Source of the DNA: Lama guanicoe
Lineage: Eukaryota
Reading direction: 5' to 3'
NCBI GenBank assembly: GCA_013239625.1
Contig: MU053304.1
Coordinates: 1,364,001 to 1,428,000, forward strand
Length of the DNA stretch: 64,000 nt
In this document: piece after piece, positions 1 to 14,330 of the stretch
How the letters are laid out: every line of letters begins with the position of its first letter
Numbering within the stretch: position 1 is the stretch's first letter
Notes under the pieces: generated by a model
Database searches by the model: none
Seen by the model: the letters and a program-made list of their open reading frames with translations, nothing else
What the model was told of the DNA's origin: nothing
Position numbers and translations under genes: made by a program

Positions 1-444
1 AGGTAAGCAGAGCACGGACACAGTTTTGACTTGAGGGCTTTGCTGATCCCAGAGAATCAGGACCTCAGGTTTGACAGCCTTAAGAGGTGGGAGGGACAGA
101 AAAAAAGCCTAGAGTCCGCACAGGGTGGAGAGCCCAGTGGGAGCCCAGACCCTGACCATGACATCTTCATATGAGAATAAAGTGGAGGGAACAGCTCTGG
201 ATTTATTTAATTGCAATCCCAGTTAAATCACCTGGGTTCCTCCAGGTTCTCTCAGACGCGGGGCTTGTGTTAAAGAATTCCTACACTGGTGTGCCCTGAG
301 GCACCTGGATGTAGCAAACGGAAATCCTTTCCAAAGCCTACTGCCTTCACTGCAGTCCCAAATTTACCTATAAATGACTTTTTCCAAATACAATGTTAGC
401 ACACAGTCAAAGATAACCAGCTATATAAACAAAATAATCTTTGT

Positions 445-1030
445 GAAGAGAGTGTGGAAAGGAACAATAGTAACTTTATCGTGGAAAAGCCTGGAAAACA
501 CCACTTACACCAAATGATCAAGGTCAACATCCTTGATGTTAAGTCAGGTTGACGTGTCCCCTGATGTGATGTGAGGAGAAGGGCATTTTCACCTTAACTA
601 CAGTCTAATCATGAGAAAGACGTCAAGACAAACCTAAATTGCCAGATTCTACAAAATGCCTGATTAGTACTCTTCAAACTGTCAAGGTCATGAAAGAAGA
701 GGAAAGACTGAGAAACTGCCACAGACCAGAAGAAAACAGGTAACAGGATGGCTGGATGCAATGTGGCATCCTGGACTGAATCCTGGAACAGAAAATGGAC
801 ATTGGTGGAAAAAACGGTGAAAGTGAAAAAAAAAAACAAAAAACCTGGGCTTTAGTTAATGGTGGTGTACCATTATTTTCAGTTTTGACAAATATACCAC
901 AGTCACATAAAAGGCTAACACCACAGGAAATGAAATTGGGTGTTTCTATATACTTACGGAAACTTCTGACAATCTTTGCAACTTTTCTGTAAATACAAAA
1001 TTATTCCCAAACTGAAAGTTTATTTGAAAA
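445..1030 (+). mobile_element. Old L1MC/MD-type 3'UTR fragment
   Basis: ctcttcaaactgtcaaggtcatgaaa...gactgagaaactgccacagaccag...atcctggaacagaaaa recalled as L1MC/MD 3' end; adjacent 1180-2000 is L1 ORF2-like. Confidence 0.6.
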
Positions 1031-3301
1031 GAAGAAACTCTGTCAGTGAGAACTCGCAGAAACAGAAAAAAGGGCCACAAACACCTCATATGTTGAAAGT
1101 ATCAGATGCCAACTATAAAACTTCTTTAATCTGCATAAGGCTTTTTATCAAAAAACAAAACGTATAGCAAGCATCATCCATATTTGCGCAATGATAAAAG
1201 TTTTCCCTTTGGGATAGGAATCAAGATACAGATGGTTACTACACTACTATCTACCATACACAAACTGCTAGCCCACACAGTAAGGTAAGAAAAAGAAGCA
1301 GGAAGTATAAAAATTAGATTGGAAGTAACAAAATTGTCATTATGTATACATTATGTAAATATATATATATATACACACACTTACACACAAAATATGTATC
1401 TCCATACAAGTTATTATTATTTTTTAAAGTTTGCTGAAGTTTCAGTGTATTTTTATATCTTCGTAACAAGTAGCTAGTTTGAGTTATCTGGATATAACTG
1501 CATGAAGATCTTGAGTATCTATGAATAAATCTATCAGAAGGAGTCCAAGACCTCTGGGTAGAAAAGTTTAAATTTTATTAGAAAATATTTTAAAATTAAT
1601 AATATATATATTCCATATTAATGAGATAGAAGACACAATATTATAAAGATGTCAATTCTCTTCAAATTGAGCTGTAGATTCAATGCAATCCTAAAGAAAA
1701 TCTGGACAAGATTTTGACAAACTGACTTGGCAATGGAAAAGGCCAACACACTTTGGAAGAAGAAAAGAATGTGGGAAGGTTTACTCCACCAGTTATCAAG
1801 AAAGCTTTCACATGAAGCTGCTGTCATAATGAAAGTGTAGAGATGAAAAAGGAGAGGCTGTCATAGATCAATGGCAGAGAAGAGAGGGCACAGAAACAGA
1901 CCCTGCACACATGGCCTCTTGGCTAATGAGAAAGGTGGCTTTGCACATCAGTAGGGGAATGAATGGTTTAACAGTTTAAAGAATACTCAGAAAAAAATTG
2001 GTAAGAATGAAAATAGAGGCTTCACACTGTAGATCAGACGGGGAGCAATTTGGTCTCAGATAAGACAGGAAATTTGAAAGAAAAAAAAACCCCCCAAAAC
2101 TCATTCAGCTTAAAACTGGGGCATGATGGGAGAGCTGCCCAGGTAAGCCCGAGAGATACGGCTTAAAATTATGGCCGGCATGTGAACAAGGAAGCAAAGC
2201 AACACTGAAACCAAACTGCAAACAGAAGTAGTCTGGAAGGATAGCCCAGAGGATGAAGAAAACATCCCCGGAACACATTATGTCACATAAAAACTTTAAA
2301 AAAAATAAAGCAAGAGCGTGAAGGTGGGATGATAAAATAAGAAAATGTGGTTTAAAATGGAGTTGGAAGAGCTTCAGAAACAAATTAAGATTCCCTCCCC
2401 AAATAAACACAATCAACTATTTTTGAAAAACAAGAAACCAAAAACTACTAAAAATTAAATGCCGTACGGAAAAGTTTGAGACAACCATTGTGAACAGAAA
2501 GTAAAAATCTAAAGAGATAAAATTTAGGGACAGATAAAAGCTGTGGATCACTATGCTAAACACCAGAAACATGCTGCCAGAGGGTAGGTGGTGAATAGGG
2601 AATGCATAATGTGTTTCTTCTCCATTAAAAAAATCTAAAAATTTAAAATATTAAGCAGTGTTATTTCTGACCCATCGCTAGAGAAAAAGAGGGGATTTCT
2701 AGCCTTTTGCTTGTGGAGGAAGAACTGATTCCACAACAGAAAATAAAGGAAAAATGAAACTACTCCGCCTGTGCCAGCCCTTTGCAGTTCGGGGCCTTTC
2801 TCTTCCCACCAGGATGGCTGGAGGAGGAGCCCAGGCTCCCAGCCAGAGGCGGGAACAGCGCCAGGGCTGACAGGCCACAGGACAGGTAGGAGCCCCCATG
2901 ACCCACGGTTGGAAAGCAAGTCTGAATTTTTTATTTTCTAAACTATGTGAAGGTAGAGCTGACCTTAGCGTGCTCAGGGGCCACGAGGAAATAAAGCCTT
3001 GCCCCAAAGCCTGATGGAGAGCAGGCGCCTCCCGCAGGCCAGCCGGCTGGGCCGCGGCTGCGAAGCACAAGTCTCGGCTCATGGGCGCTGCGGCAGCGGG
3101 ACTCGACCGGCGGCTGCCCCGCCGCAGTTTAAAACCTGGTTTCCTCCTCGTCTCATTACAGATTCCTGCCCTTCATTTACTGCAGGCGAGAGATCCTGTA
3201 CATGAGGTGTAAAGTGAAGCGAAATGCAGAGGCCAAAGGACGGCCGCTGACGCGGCGGCGCGGCCAGAGGGAAAGGCGCGAGCAAGCGGGGACAGACTGA
3301 C

Positions 3302-3330
3302 CTGGAGCTGAGCTCCCTGGCACCGGCCAT
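3302..3330 (-). CDS. SP100: SP100 coding exon 1 (MAGARELSSR); rest of gene lies outside the window
   Basis: aagATGG Kozak, 29 nt, ends AG|gtcagt (phase 2). Resembles human SP100 MAGGGGDLSTR. Lies in a CpG island with an ISRE, downstream of and co-oriented with SP140, as in the known cluster order. Confidence 0.78.
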
Positions 3331-3458
3331 CTTCCCGCCCCAGCCCGGCCTGCGCCTCCGAGCCCTCCGGTCGGCCCAGCCCGGGCCCGGGAGGCTGCCT
3401 GAGCCCTGGCAGGAAGTCTGCTCTTCGACTGACCCAGACAGGGCTCCGCCCAAGCGGC

Positions 3459-3476
3459 GAAAAGGGAAGTGAAAGT
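3459..3476 (-). promoter_or_regulatory. ISRE/IRF (Ets-IRF composite-like) element, SP100 promoter
   Basis: ACTTTCACTTCCCTTTTC on the minus strand (GGAAGTGAAAGT on plus); SP100 is an established interferon-inducible gene. Confidence 0.75.
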
Positions 3477-3930
3477 ATCTGCCCGCGAGCTGTGCTGTGC
3501 AGACGGGGGCGCCCTCCTCCCACAGCTCCGCGGAGCTCCCTGCCCCCCTGACTTGTGGGCCCCGGGATGGGAGACGGGGAGTGACAGCCAGGGCCGGGAG
3601 GGCCGGGAGGAGGACAGGGGAGGAGCAGGGCCGGCCTCCAGGGGCCCACTGTTTGTGCAAAGGTAACAGCGACATCTGTGTGACCCCTGCTGTCCTCAGT
3701 CTCCTGCCTTCTCTGCGGCTCAGAGTTTAGTACAGGGTCAGGGGTAAACTCTCTATTTGCCCTGTCCTCTTATGGAGATGGCTGTGGGGGGAAGAGAGAA
3801 AGAAGTCCAAAGCTTCTCTCTGGCCTGTGGGAGAGCCTGAACCCGTCAGAGTGAGGTCCCAGCGTATGGACACGGGGCAGGAGAGAGTCCAAATGCTCAG
3901 CTTTGTAAGCTGGGGAGAATGTTCGTAGCA

Positions 3931-3939
3931 TTCCTGGAA
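3931..3939. promoter_or_regulatory. GAS (STAT) element upstream of SP100
   Basis: TTCCTGGAA fits TTCN3GAA, about 600 nt upstream of the SP100 ATG. Confidence 0.5.
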
Positions 3940-6602
3940 CTCAGGCAGAGGTAAGAGAGAAATCGGCAAGGCCCTGGGGCCAGAGGCTGGAGCCAACTTG
4001 GTGACAAGGGTTGACATCTGTGCAACGGTCTGAGGTGCCCTGACAAGGGGGTCGCTTCACGACTGCAGCCAGGGGTGCTGAGGAGAGACCTGGCAGTCAG
4101 ACACTGGAATGCTGAGAGGCAGAGGCTTCACTTCGGATGGAGATAGAGTTTGGAACCAAGATGATCTAGAAATGAGACAGCAGGTGAGACCAGGTGAGAG
4201 GGTAACCCTTGGCCTGGAAGTTCTGTCTGTCCACAGATTTGTTCACTCAGATTCTGACTCAGCATTCCACAAAGGGTGAGACGTGACCAGATGTCTCATT
4301 TGAATCAACATAAAAGCGAATCACATTTGAAGATATAACGGAGGGTTTCTACCCTCTCTCCACTTCTTTCTTTCCCCCAAAGGAGCGAGCATCACTGTTC
4401 TGGGACAGATTCCAGGACACTGATGGGGCCATCCCTTTCTCCCTCCCTGACTTTAGGGTACAAGGACTTGTAAGCTGAGCCTCTGTTGGGCACGACTGTC
4501 CTCTGCTCCCAGGCTCCCCGGGGCACGGAGCTCAGACACGGCTGACACAGACCACGCCTGCCTTTTGTAGTGCCTCTCTCTCTTTTCTGTCCCTGGGCAG
4601 AGGATAGACCAGGCCACCGCTGTGCTAGGGGCTGGCATGTATGTGCCAGCTTTCCTGTGGGTTTGCTTAGGGCCCCAAGATGAACACCTGGAAATAAGAG
4701 ACCAGCTGGCAGCAGCTGGGCGGAAGCGCACAGGGTGGGCACCCCTGGGCTGGGGCTGCTGCTGGCCACAGGGGGAGACCTTCCCGGGGGTCAGAGAAAG
4801 CTGGGCATGCGCCACACTCTGTGAGAGCAGGGGTGGTTTGTGAAGCATCCTTAGGCCTCTGTGGAGAAGGCAGTTTCTCTGACCCAGGAAACAACATCAG
4901 ACCCACTCAGGTTCAGAAAAGGACAGGACCAACTTAAGAAGCAGGTTGAACTCCTAAACACCCTGCTGGAGTGACTGAAGGGGGTTAGGAGGCGCCTGGG
5001 GCGTTTTCCGCATCTGCACAGAGAACCGACAACAGGGACTATTCCTGCTGTTGCGAAAGAATGGGCCTGGAAACCTGCAGAGCAGGAGAGACCGAGACTG
5101 AGGAGGGGCCTGGGACAGAGGACCCGCCAAGACGGCCGGCTTTGAAAGCTTCACCAGGAGCAGCTTCCGCTCAGACTTCAGTTGTGAGGCTGAGTCTCCA
5201 CTGGGAGACCCCTGTGGGGACCTGAGGTTTGTCTCTGAGACAAGACAGGAGGATCTGGGGTCTGAGATTAAAGGGCAGGAGGAAGCAGCAGTCACAGTGA
5301 CCACTGGGGCCAGAGGAACAAGACCCCCAGCACCTCCGTGGGTGTGGAAGTGGAGAGGGAGCAGGGCACCTGGGAACTGAGTGGGAGCACTCAGGCCTTG
5401 CTCAGTGTCCCCTTCCAGGGGCAGCACAGCCATCAGCAGGATTCACCTGGACCTCTGACCCCATCCTGCCTGGGAGACTCTCTGCTTGGGGACAGGGTGG
5501 AAGGGGTGAGTCTGCTTCTTGCTGGGTCCCCCTGGGCTGGTCCTGCCTGCAGAGGCCAGGGCTGTCAGCTCCCCAGTGCCAAGTGTACAGTAACAGGGGC
5601 CTGGGGAGTGGAGCGCATTGGTGGGTAGGGGTATACGATTGATTGGGGTTGTCTGAGGCTGTGTGGATAAGCCCAACGTTGAGGTTCAGGTTTAGGGCTC
5701 TCTTTTGGCCGCAGCGCTAAGCCCAGTCCAGCTGAAGACAGCTAGTGCTTTGATCCCCATGTGTCTCATCTGTTTGTCCGTTGGTTGCTGAAACTCAAGT
5801 GAAGTAGATCTGGGGAGGGTTATACGCCGAATTGGGGGTTCCTCTCCGTGAGTTTCAGTTTCCTGGGATTTTCCCTTCTTTCCCCAAAAGGCTGGTTGCC
5901 CTGGGCTTCTTCCCTGGCTCTGCCGACCGGAGAGAAGGTGTGCTTCCTACCAAAGTTCCGGCCATCCTACGCGGGACGGGGGCTGCTCTCAGAGTCAGGT
6001 GATAACACACAGGAAATATCTTGTTCTGGCTGCTTCCTCTGAGTTTCGACTTCCCTCCACAGGCAGCCTGCTTTTGTTCACTTTCTAGAAGCCTCAGGCA
6101 GTTGTTCTTTGAATATTGTCTTCACAGAGATGTCTTCCCATCCAGTTTATACAGAGAGAGCTGGAGAACCCTATTGTCTCCTCCGGACGGCAGGCCCTGC
6201 CCTCTCCACCCAGGTGTGGAGGTGTGTGCTGATGCCCTGGGAGCTGCCCTGGGAGGTGCAGGCTGAAGGGTTGTTATCAAGTGGCCCAGGTCCTCAGAAA
6301 CGTCAGGTCTCCTGCAGCTCCCAAGGACACAGGCGTGTCCCCCTAGATAAAACCACAGCCAGATTCCTTTGTGGCCAACAGCCCACATCTGAGTCCTGGT
6401 AGTTGGGGAACTGACAAGAGTGAAAGTCTTAGTGGCCACACTTGGCCTTGGCTATCCAGGGGGGTGGGGTAGAAGCTCTCCTGCTAACCTGATGCCCAAC
6501 TCAGCCTCTATATCCACTGCAGAAGCAATGGAACCACAATCCACCTGCTCCACCTGGTTCCGGGAATGCTCCTCCAGGTTCTGCAGCCCCTTTGACTGGC
6601 CC

Positions 6603-6771
6603 GGGACACCCCATTCTTCCCCTGAGACATCAGGACCCAGCTCTGGGGTCCCCGGGGTGGGTTCTGTCAGTCAGTTGTGTCTTCCTGGGACACCCCATTC
6701 TTCCCCTGAGACATCAGGACCCAGCTCTGGGGTCCCCCGGGGTGGGTTCTGTCAGTCAGTTGTGTCTTCCT
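6603..6771. repeat. Tandem duplication, 84/85-bp unit x2
   Basis: 6603-6686 and 6687-6771 are identical except for one extra C in a C-run. Confidence 0.95.
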
Positions 6772-7234
6772 TGGCTGTCCAGCCTCCTCTGTCCCTTTCT
6801 CAAGACACCTGAATTCCTTGGGCTGGGCAGGAGAAGAGGGACTGTGTGCAAGAGAAGAGGGACTGTTGATCAAGGTGCTGGCCCTTGAGGAAGCCAGGTC
6901 AGCTGGACTTTCTTTGAGGAGCCGGACTCTTAAGTGAAGTTTGTTAAGGTGTTAAAATGCAGTTGGATAAAATTTGTTTGGTGGCACCTCCTTAACAAGA
7001 CGGCAGAGATATTCCTGGTGCTCAGTTCCTGGAGCTGCTTTTCTTCGTGCCTGGTTCTGGGGATATTTGCAGGCTCTGAGTCCAGCCCCTGCCCTTTCAT
7101 GAGCCATTGTGATCCCATCAGTGAAGTCCTTTTCTGTCTAACCTGGATAAAGTTGGTCTCGCTGGCAAAAAGCCCTCATTGATGCAAGGATGTTTGTGTA
7201 TAAATTGTCTTAATTTACTTACTACATTCAGGGT

Positions 7235-7430
7235 CAGGCACTGTCAACCCTCATAAAGATCCAGTGAACTATGTACTATTAGTATCTCCATTTTATAAAT
7301 GAAACTATTGCATGGGGAGGGTAAGTAACTTGTCCAAGGACACACAGCCAGTACATGAGGACTGAGTTTCCACCCACATGGGCTCACTGTAGTCTGTGTT
7401 CCTGTACACTAGGCTCCGCTGCTTCTCAGT
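7235..7430. mobile_element. MIR SINE
   Basis: ctccattttataaatgaaact...gtaagtaacttgtccaaggacacacagccagt MIR core; smaller MIR pieces at about 21840, 23680, 46610 and 63240. Confidence 0.7.
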
Positions 7431-7640
7431 ACAAGTTAGCACTGTTCACAACACCAGAAATAGTCAGGAAGGGCCAACTGCAGTCAAGGCTTGATGAAAG
7501 CTGGGAGCTGTGGTAGGGATGACGTGGAGCTATATTTACTGACATGTAACAATGCCCGTTATGTACAACTGATTAGAACAGATTTTATTATTTATATGGT
7601 ATGATTACTCTCTCTCCATCCTCCACCTCACTCCCACCCC

Positions 7641-7643
<3 letters not shown>

Positions 7644-7671
<28 letters not shown>
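7644..7671. repeat. (CA)n microsatellite
   Basis: Uninterrupted acacac run. Confidence 0.9.
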
Positions 7672-7967
7672 TACAAAGTCTAGAGTCATTTTCATCAAAT
7701 TATCAACCATGGTTCTTCTCCGTATCTGCAGAGACCTGCACAGCCTTGTGCTTCTCAGTGGCAGGAGGTGCAAGGTACAAAAGCTTAGAGTTTTGGAGGG
7801 GATAATCTAGTATGTTTCAGACCATTGAACCTCTAAAAACATACCCATATGCATGTCTCTGAATCTTACAGGGTTTCTTTCTCATCCCCCAGTGTGCATG
7901 TGACTCAACCAGGCTTTCAGAACACTCAACGCTTTTTTCTCATCAGGTTCAGTTAACATGCTGTCAC

Positions 7968-8380
7968 TGTGATGGCTAATTTTGTGTGTCAAATTGACTG
8001 GACCCTGGGGTGCCCAGATTGTTTCTGGGGAGTCTTTGATGATGTTTCTGGATGACATTAGCATTTGGATAGGTGGGCTCAGCAAAGCAGGTTGCCCTCC
8101 CAGTGGTAAGTAGACACCGTTCAATCTGTGAATGGCCTGAATAGAACAAAAAGTGAAGGAAGGGAAATTCGCTCCCTGGTTTTGGGTCTTCAGACTTGGA
8201 CTGGAATTACACATCACTTTCACTGGGTCTCTGGCTTGCAGATGGCATATCATGGGATTTCTGAGCCTCCATGATCACATAAGCCAATTTCACGTTTTAT
8301 ATGTAAACAAATACATATATATATATATGTGTGTGTGTATATATATATACACACACACATACATACACATTCAAGAACTG
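7968..8380 (+). mobile_element. MLT2 (ERVL) LTR with TA/CA microsatellite
   Basis: Starts tgtgatggctaattttgtgtgtcaaattgactgg...ggggtgcccagat, the MLT2 5' signature. Confidence 0.8.
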
Positions 8381-8389
8381 GGGAAATGA

Positions 8390-10178
8390 CTGCTGGGTGC
8401 CTCCGTGGATTGAGTATACTCACCGTTAGATGGACATTACCTTGCTTTACCTCAGACACTCTTAACAGGAGCCATGATGGTGCTTTGTGTCCCAGGTATT
8501 AGCATTATCTTAGCTGCTGTATCAACAACTGTTAAAAGACATGTGTGTTTTCCTTTGTCTGGCATATGGTTACTTGAATAAATGGTCATAGGTCCCTTTG
8601 GTGAGGAACTCAGGGAATCACTGCATGTACACTTTCTTCTGAGACCTGCCCTCATTTCCTTGAGCAGTTCCAAGATTTGGACCAGATCTGGAAACTGGAC
8701 AAAGGATCTTGATTTTTTTATTGGGGTAGGTGATTTCAGTCATCTGATCATCAATTTTTAATCTCTTTTGATGGTATATATGAGGCAATATCCTCATTGG
8801 CTGCCCACCTGTCTTCCTGTAAGGACACTGTGTCCTGTTAGCTATCTCCATAGACATCTATGGGCCAGGGCCCTGGCTGTCATCCTAACCTTGCTGCACA
8901 TTACAAATATTACTTCATCTTGCTCTGACAGTTATATGCTGCCACCTGGCTTCTATGATTCTGGAATCCTATCACTTCCATTGATACTAGGGAATCCAGT
9001 TCTGTAAAACATTCCTCCATTCTGCCAACCTACAGAACAGCCCCCGCTAAGCATCTCAAGGATGCTGGTGCCCCTCAGCCATGCGCTGCTTATCACCTTG
9101 TTAAGTTACTGTCTCTGAGGCCTCCTGCGGAGCACAGTCACCTGGTGGATGGGTTTTCTAGTTGGAGAGTAGAGCCCTGCCAACCTCCCTAGGCTTTTTC
9201 ACTCCCCTTTTCCACAGTCTGCCCGGCAGGCCTGGCATCGCAGCTTCCACTTCATCTAGGCTGTACCATGACTTACACCAAGCCTTTAAGAGCCACCCAG
9301 AAGCGTACTAGAATTGTCCCCCTTGGCTCTTGCCAGGCTAATTAAGCCTCACGGCCCAGGAGAGTGTTCCTGTATGGACAGTTTTCCCTTTTCCAGTTTC
9401 ATATTCCACTTTCTTTGTCCAGGACCCACCCCGAGATACAATCTTCTGACACCCACTGGTACCTATTGGTCCGTCCTGCAGCTCTATTGAAGTAAATTCT
9501 CTCTTCTGCTGGCAGGACGACCCAGCACTTTCCCAGTGGGGTCATGCTGGGAGGACTCTGCATAGTCTTCATTCAAGTAAGATTTGGGTGGGGGTAGGTA
9601 AGGGTCTGTCTTCCAACAAGGGACAGGGGACTCTTCTGCAGATCCAGTGGGTAGAGGGGAAACTGAAGCTCAGAGTTCTTACTTGCATCTACCTAGAAAA
9701 CCCAATTCTGATACAGGGGTCACCCCTTCTTTACCAGGGCCCTGACTAGCACAGGAGGCCATACTGAGTTCAGACTTCATTCTTCTCTGAAGTTCTGCCA
9801 ACCTGAAAGTAGGGCCTATGTCAGGCCTTCCTTACTATCTGCCTTCCAGATGCAGGTGGGAGAGTCTCTCTGCTTTAGGTGGTGATGAATAGATTTAAGC
9901 CTGTCATTTCCTCTTTTCAATACATTAGTGGCACTTTGCAGTAGCCACCAAAATCTACAGTTCTTATGGTTACTATTTCTCCCTTTGTAAATGCCACATG
10001 ATTTCACTCAGCCCCTGCTGTATCTTTCCCCTTTATGTCATCCAGTTTCCTGCAAGTGAAAGTTTGGCCACAGCACTATTAAAGCCCACTGGGGACCATC
10101 AGTATTCCACCTGTCGCCACTGGCCAGATTGTGATCCAGCTGCAGAACCCATTCCTAGGGCCTGCTTGACAGGATCGT
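8390..10178 (-). mobile_element. Degenerate ERVL internal sequence (ERV3-16A3-like) following the LTR
   Basis: Directly follows the LTR 3' end (ggaatgggttctgcagctggatcac...aggtggaatactgatggtcccc); no intact ORF. Confidence 0.5.
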
Positions 10179-10698
<520 letters not shown>

Positions 10699-11111
10699 TT
10701 AGCGTCAGTTTCATTGGGCAACTTGCAGCTGAGAATGATCAGGACTCTTGTCTTGAACACCCCAAGTTACAGGTACCAGGCTATGCTTAAAAACTCATGC
10801 AGAGAAGAGTAACATGTTTTCTAAACGGAAATGAAGAAAATCATTACCGCACTTGGGGACTCTTACGTCTTTGACTGGATTATTTATTTTCATGAGAGTT
10901 AGAAAAGTGACCTGTGTTCCTTGTAATGATGCAAGTAGTACGATGTGTGTCAGTTTGATCTCTGACCTTCGTTTCCGTTGTCAGTTTACTGTTCCCCTCT
11001 GGTGACCACTGTTAACTGTATGGTCCCCACATGTAAATGGAATCTGGAGTTTGAGATTTCTGAGAGGTTAGATGAGTGTATGCTGGAGAGAGAAAAGAAG
11101 CTCAGTATGGT

Positions 11112-11240
11112 GGGGAGGGTATAGCTCAAGTGGTAGAGTGCATGCTTGGCATGCACAAAGTCCTGGGTTCAACCCCCAGCACCTCCACTAAAAATAAATA
11201 AATAAACCTAATTACCTCCCTCTGCCTCCCCCTCAAAAAG
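11112..11240 (+). mobile_element. tRNA-derived SINE, Vic-1-like (camelid)
   Basis: GGGGAGGGTATAGCTCAAGTGGTAGAG (A box), GGTTCAACCCC (B box), A-rich tail; near-perfect TSD aaaagaagc(t/a)cagtatg at 11093-11109 and 11236-11252. Confidence 0.88.
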
Positions 11241-11426
11241 AAGCACAGTATGACTTTGAGACTCAAGTCTCCTCTCCCTGGGTTTGGAGCAGGCAGGGCT
11301 CCGCTGTTCTCAATGGCACGTGTAGGATGGAATGAGCTCTCAGGGGCCTGGGGTTCTGGTTGCAGGGACACCTCTGACGCACTGTTACTACACCTTGGTG
11401 GGCTTCAGTCCTGAACAGAAAAGCTA

Positions 11427-11891
<465 letters not shown>

Positions 11892-11894
11892 TCA

Positions 11895-12068
<174 letters not shown>

Positions 12069-12217
12069 TCACAACAGTGTCTGAAAGGTTCCCCAAACAT
12101 GTGTGGCTCTTGGAAAGAGACATGCAATGACTGCAGACAAGTCCTGGTGCGATCTCAGTGTGAGCGAGGCACGGCTTACCCTTTGGTTGCCCTTCGCGAC
12201 CCTGCCCGTTTGACTTA

Positions 12218-12382
<165 letters not shown>

Positions 12383-12948
12383 TCAGGCATAAGTGAGCGG
12401 GCACAGGGCCCCTAGAAACAGCCACCACTCCTATGTCTGCCTCTGTCTGCCTTTCAGGAATGTTGATGGACACAGTTAGGGGAGGATGGGGGTACCCCCA
12501 GGGTCTCCAAGACCCCCTCGTGGGGTCTGAGCCAATGACTATCCCATCAAAGGAACCACGGTGGGTCAGTGTGTGGAGGTGGTGCCCAGGTGAGTGGTGG
12601 GCTCTCCTATCTCTGTCTGAGCTGCTGGGAGCACAAGGAATCCTGCCAGCCAGGCCTGAGTGTTGAAATTGGGCCTTAACCTCTGGAGCCCTCGGGCTTC
12701 CCTCAGCCCATTAGGAAAGTGGCAAAATGAGGGAACCAGGCCATGTTTCCTGCCTTTTCTGACTGAGTATGGAACGCAAATAACTGGCCCTTCCACCCTG
12801 GCCAACAGGAGTCCGTGCCGGGAAACTTCCAGGGAAGGACAGTAGCAGTATGTGGGCAAAGGACCTGGCTACCAGCCCCAGCATCCCACAGGAGGGCAGA
12901 GGACGCCGACCTGCTGCTGCCAGCACCTTTAGACAGCTCTCTGGATCA

Positions 12949-13221
<273 letters not shown>

Positions 13222-14044
13222 TCAGTGAGACCCCAGAAGGCCAGCGCTGTGAGAATCTAGACCTCACTGCCTTTGTGTGAATCTGTGTAGACACTTAATG
13301 TGCTTTTCACTGAGATATTAAAAAACAGCGTGGAGTGGAGATTTCAGAAGAAATTGTGGTCTGCAGTGAAGTTCAGGAGGACGAGCCTGTGAGTCAGACC
13401 AGAAAAGCTTTCCGTAACAAACTTGAGATTCTAACACAGAAAGATTAGCAACAAAACTGGAAGATACTGTTATACAAATCTGAATAACTTTATTGCCTTG
13501 CAGATAAGACAAGTTCCTGAAATAAAGTGTTCAATGAATTTGCCTACACCACAATGACTAAATTGACTTTTGGAAGGGTGACATATTGAGAAGATAATAA
13601 TAAAGATGGATTAAACTTCTCAGTGTGGGAAGTAATAAAAGATTATTTTAACAGTTATTTTGAGTCTTGTTCTGGGCTTTTGGGTGAAACTTCTTATGTT
13701 GGGTGAATTGGAATTCTGGCCATTTCTTTTGTTTTTGAAAATGGCCCTCTATGAGGAAGTGCCTTTCCCAAGAACCATCTTGCCAAGTGCTCCCATTCAA
13801 TGTTCTGGGGGATCCCCAAGAACACCCCCAAGTGGGGACTGAGACGGCTCTGGCATAGAATCCCGGGGCCATGTTTCTTCTCATCAGTGCAGTTACACAC
13901 AGACCAGCATCACACCTCTCCAGAAAGTGACGACCCCTCTCCCAAAAGAACAAGGGATAACAAATATAACTAGTGTAAGAACCTCACATTTGTACACCTT
14001 TTAGCAGATCTACCTGGCTCTTTGTTTCTTGGCCCAGGTATGCA

Positions 14045-14330
14045 TTAGACCCTTCAGGGCAGAGTATATAAAACACTAATGTCTTGGTCCCAGTGCCAGA
14101 GATTCCGAATCAACTTACCCGGGTAGGGGAGAGCTGTTGGCATTTATTTTTAACTCACAGAATGGGAATTTTGTCTATCAGAATCATCTAGGGACTTTTA
14201 AACAATCCTAATGTCCAAGTCATTGCCTAGGCTGATTGAATCAAAAGATTTCCTCTAGCGTGGGATCCAGGCGATGCTATTTTCTGAAGGTCTTAGTTGC
14301 AGCCTAAGCTGAGACTTAGCCTGAGCAAAG
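14045..14330. mobile_element. MER5A-like hAT-Charlie DNA transposon fossils
   Basis: tcagaatcatctaggga...ctgattgaatcaaaa...ggatccaggc and cccagtgccagagattccgaatca motifs. Confidence 0.55.

Larger units (their letters stand above)
2990..3640. promoter_or_regulatory. CpG island, SP100 promoter/exon 1
   Basis: Very GC- and CpG-rich (e.g. cgcggcggcgcggcc, ccgggcccgg) with GC boxes, surrounding the ATG at 3330. Confidence 0.85.

Noticed and set aside
3079..3675. 198-aa and overlapping long ORFs in the CpG island
   Set aside because: They reflect GC-rich stop-codon depletion; only the 29-nt MAGARELSSR segment has homology and a splice donor.
4392..6900. Many 100-160 aa ORFs between SP100 and SP140
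   Set aside because: Overlapping on both strands, low-information GC-rich translations, with no domain similarity or exon structure.
11112..11190. tRNA gene
   Set aside because: The tRNA-like head runs into a SINE body and A-rich tail with TSDs, and a second copy lies at 31340.
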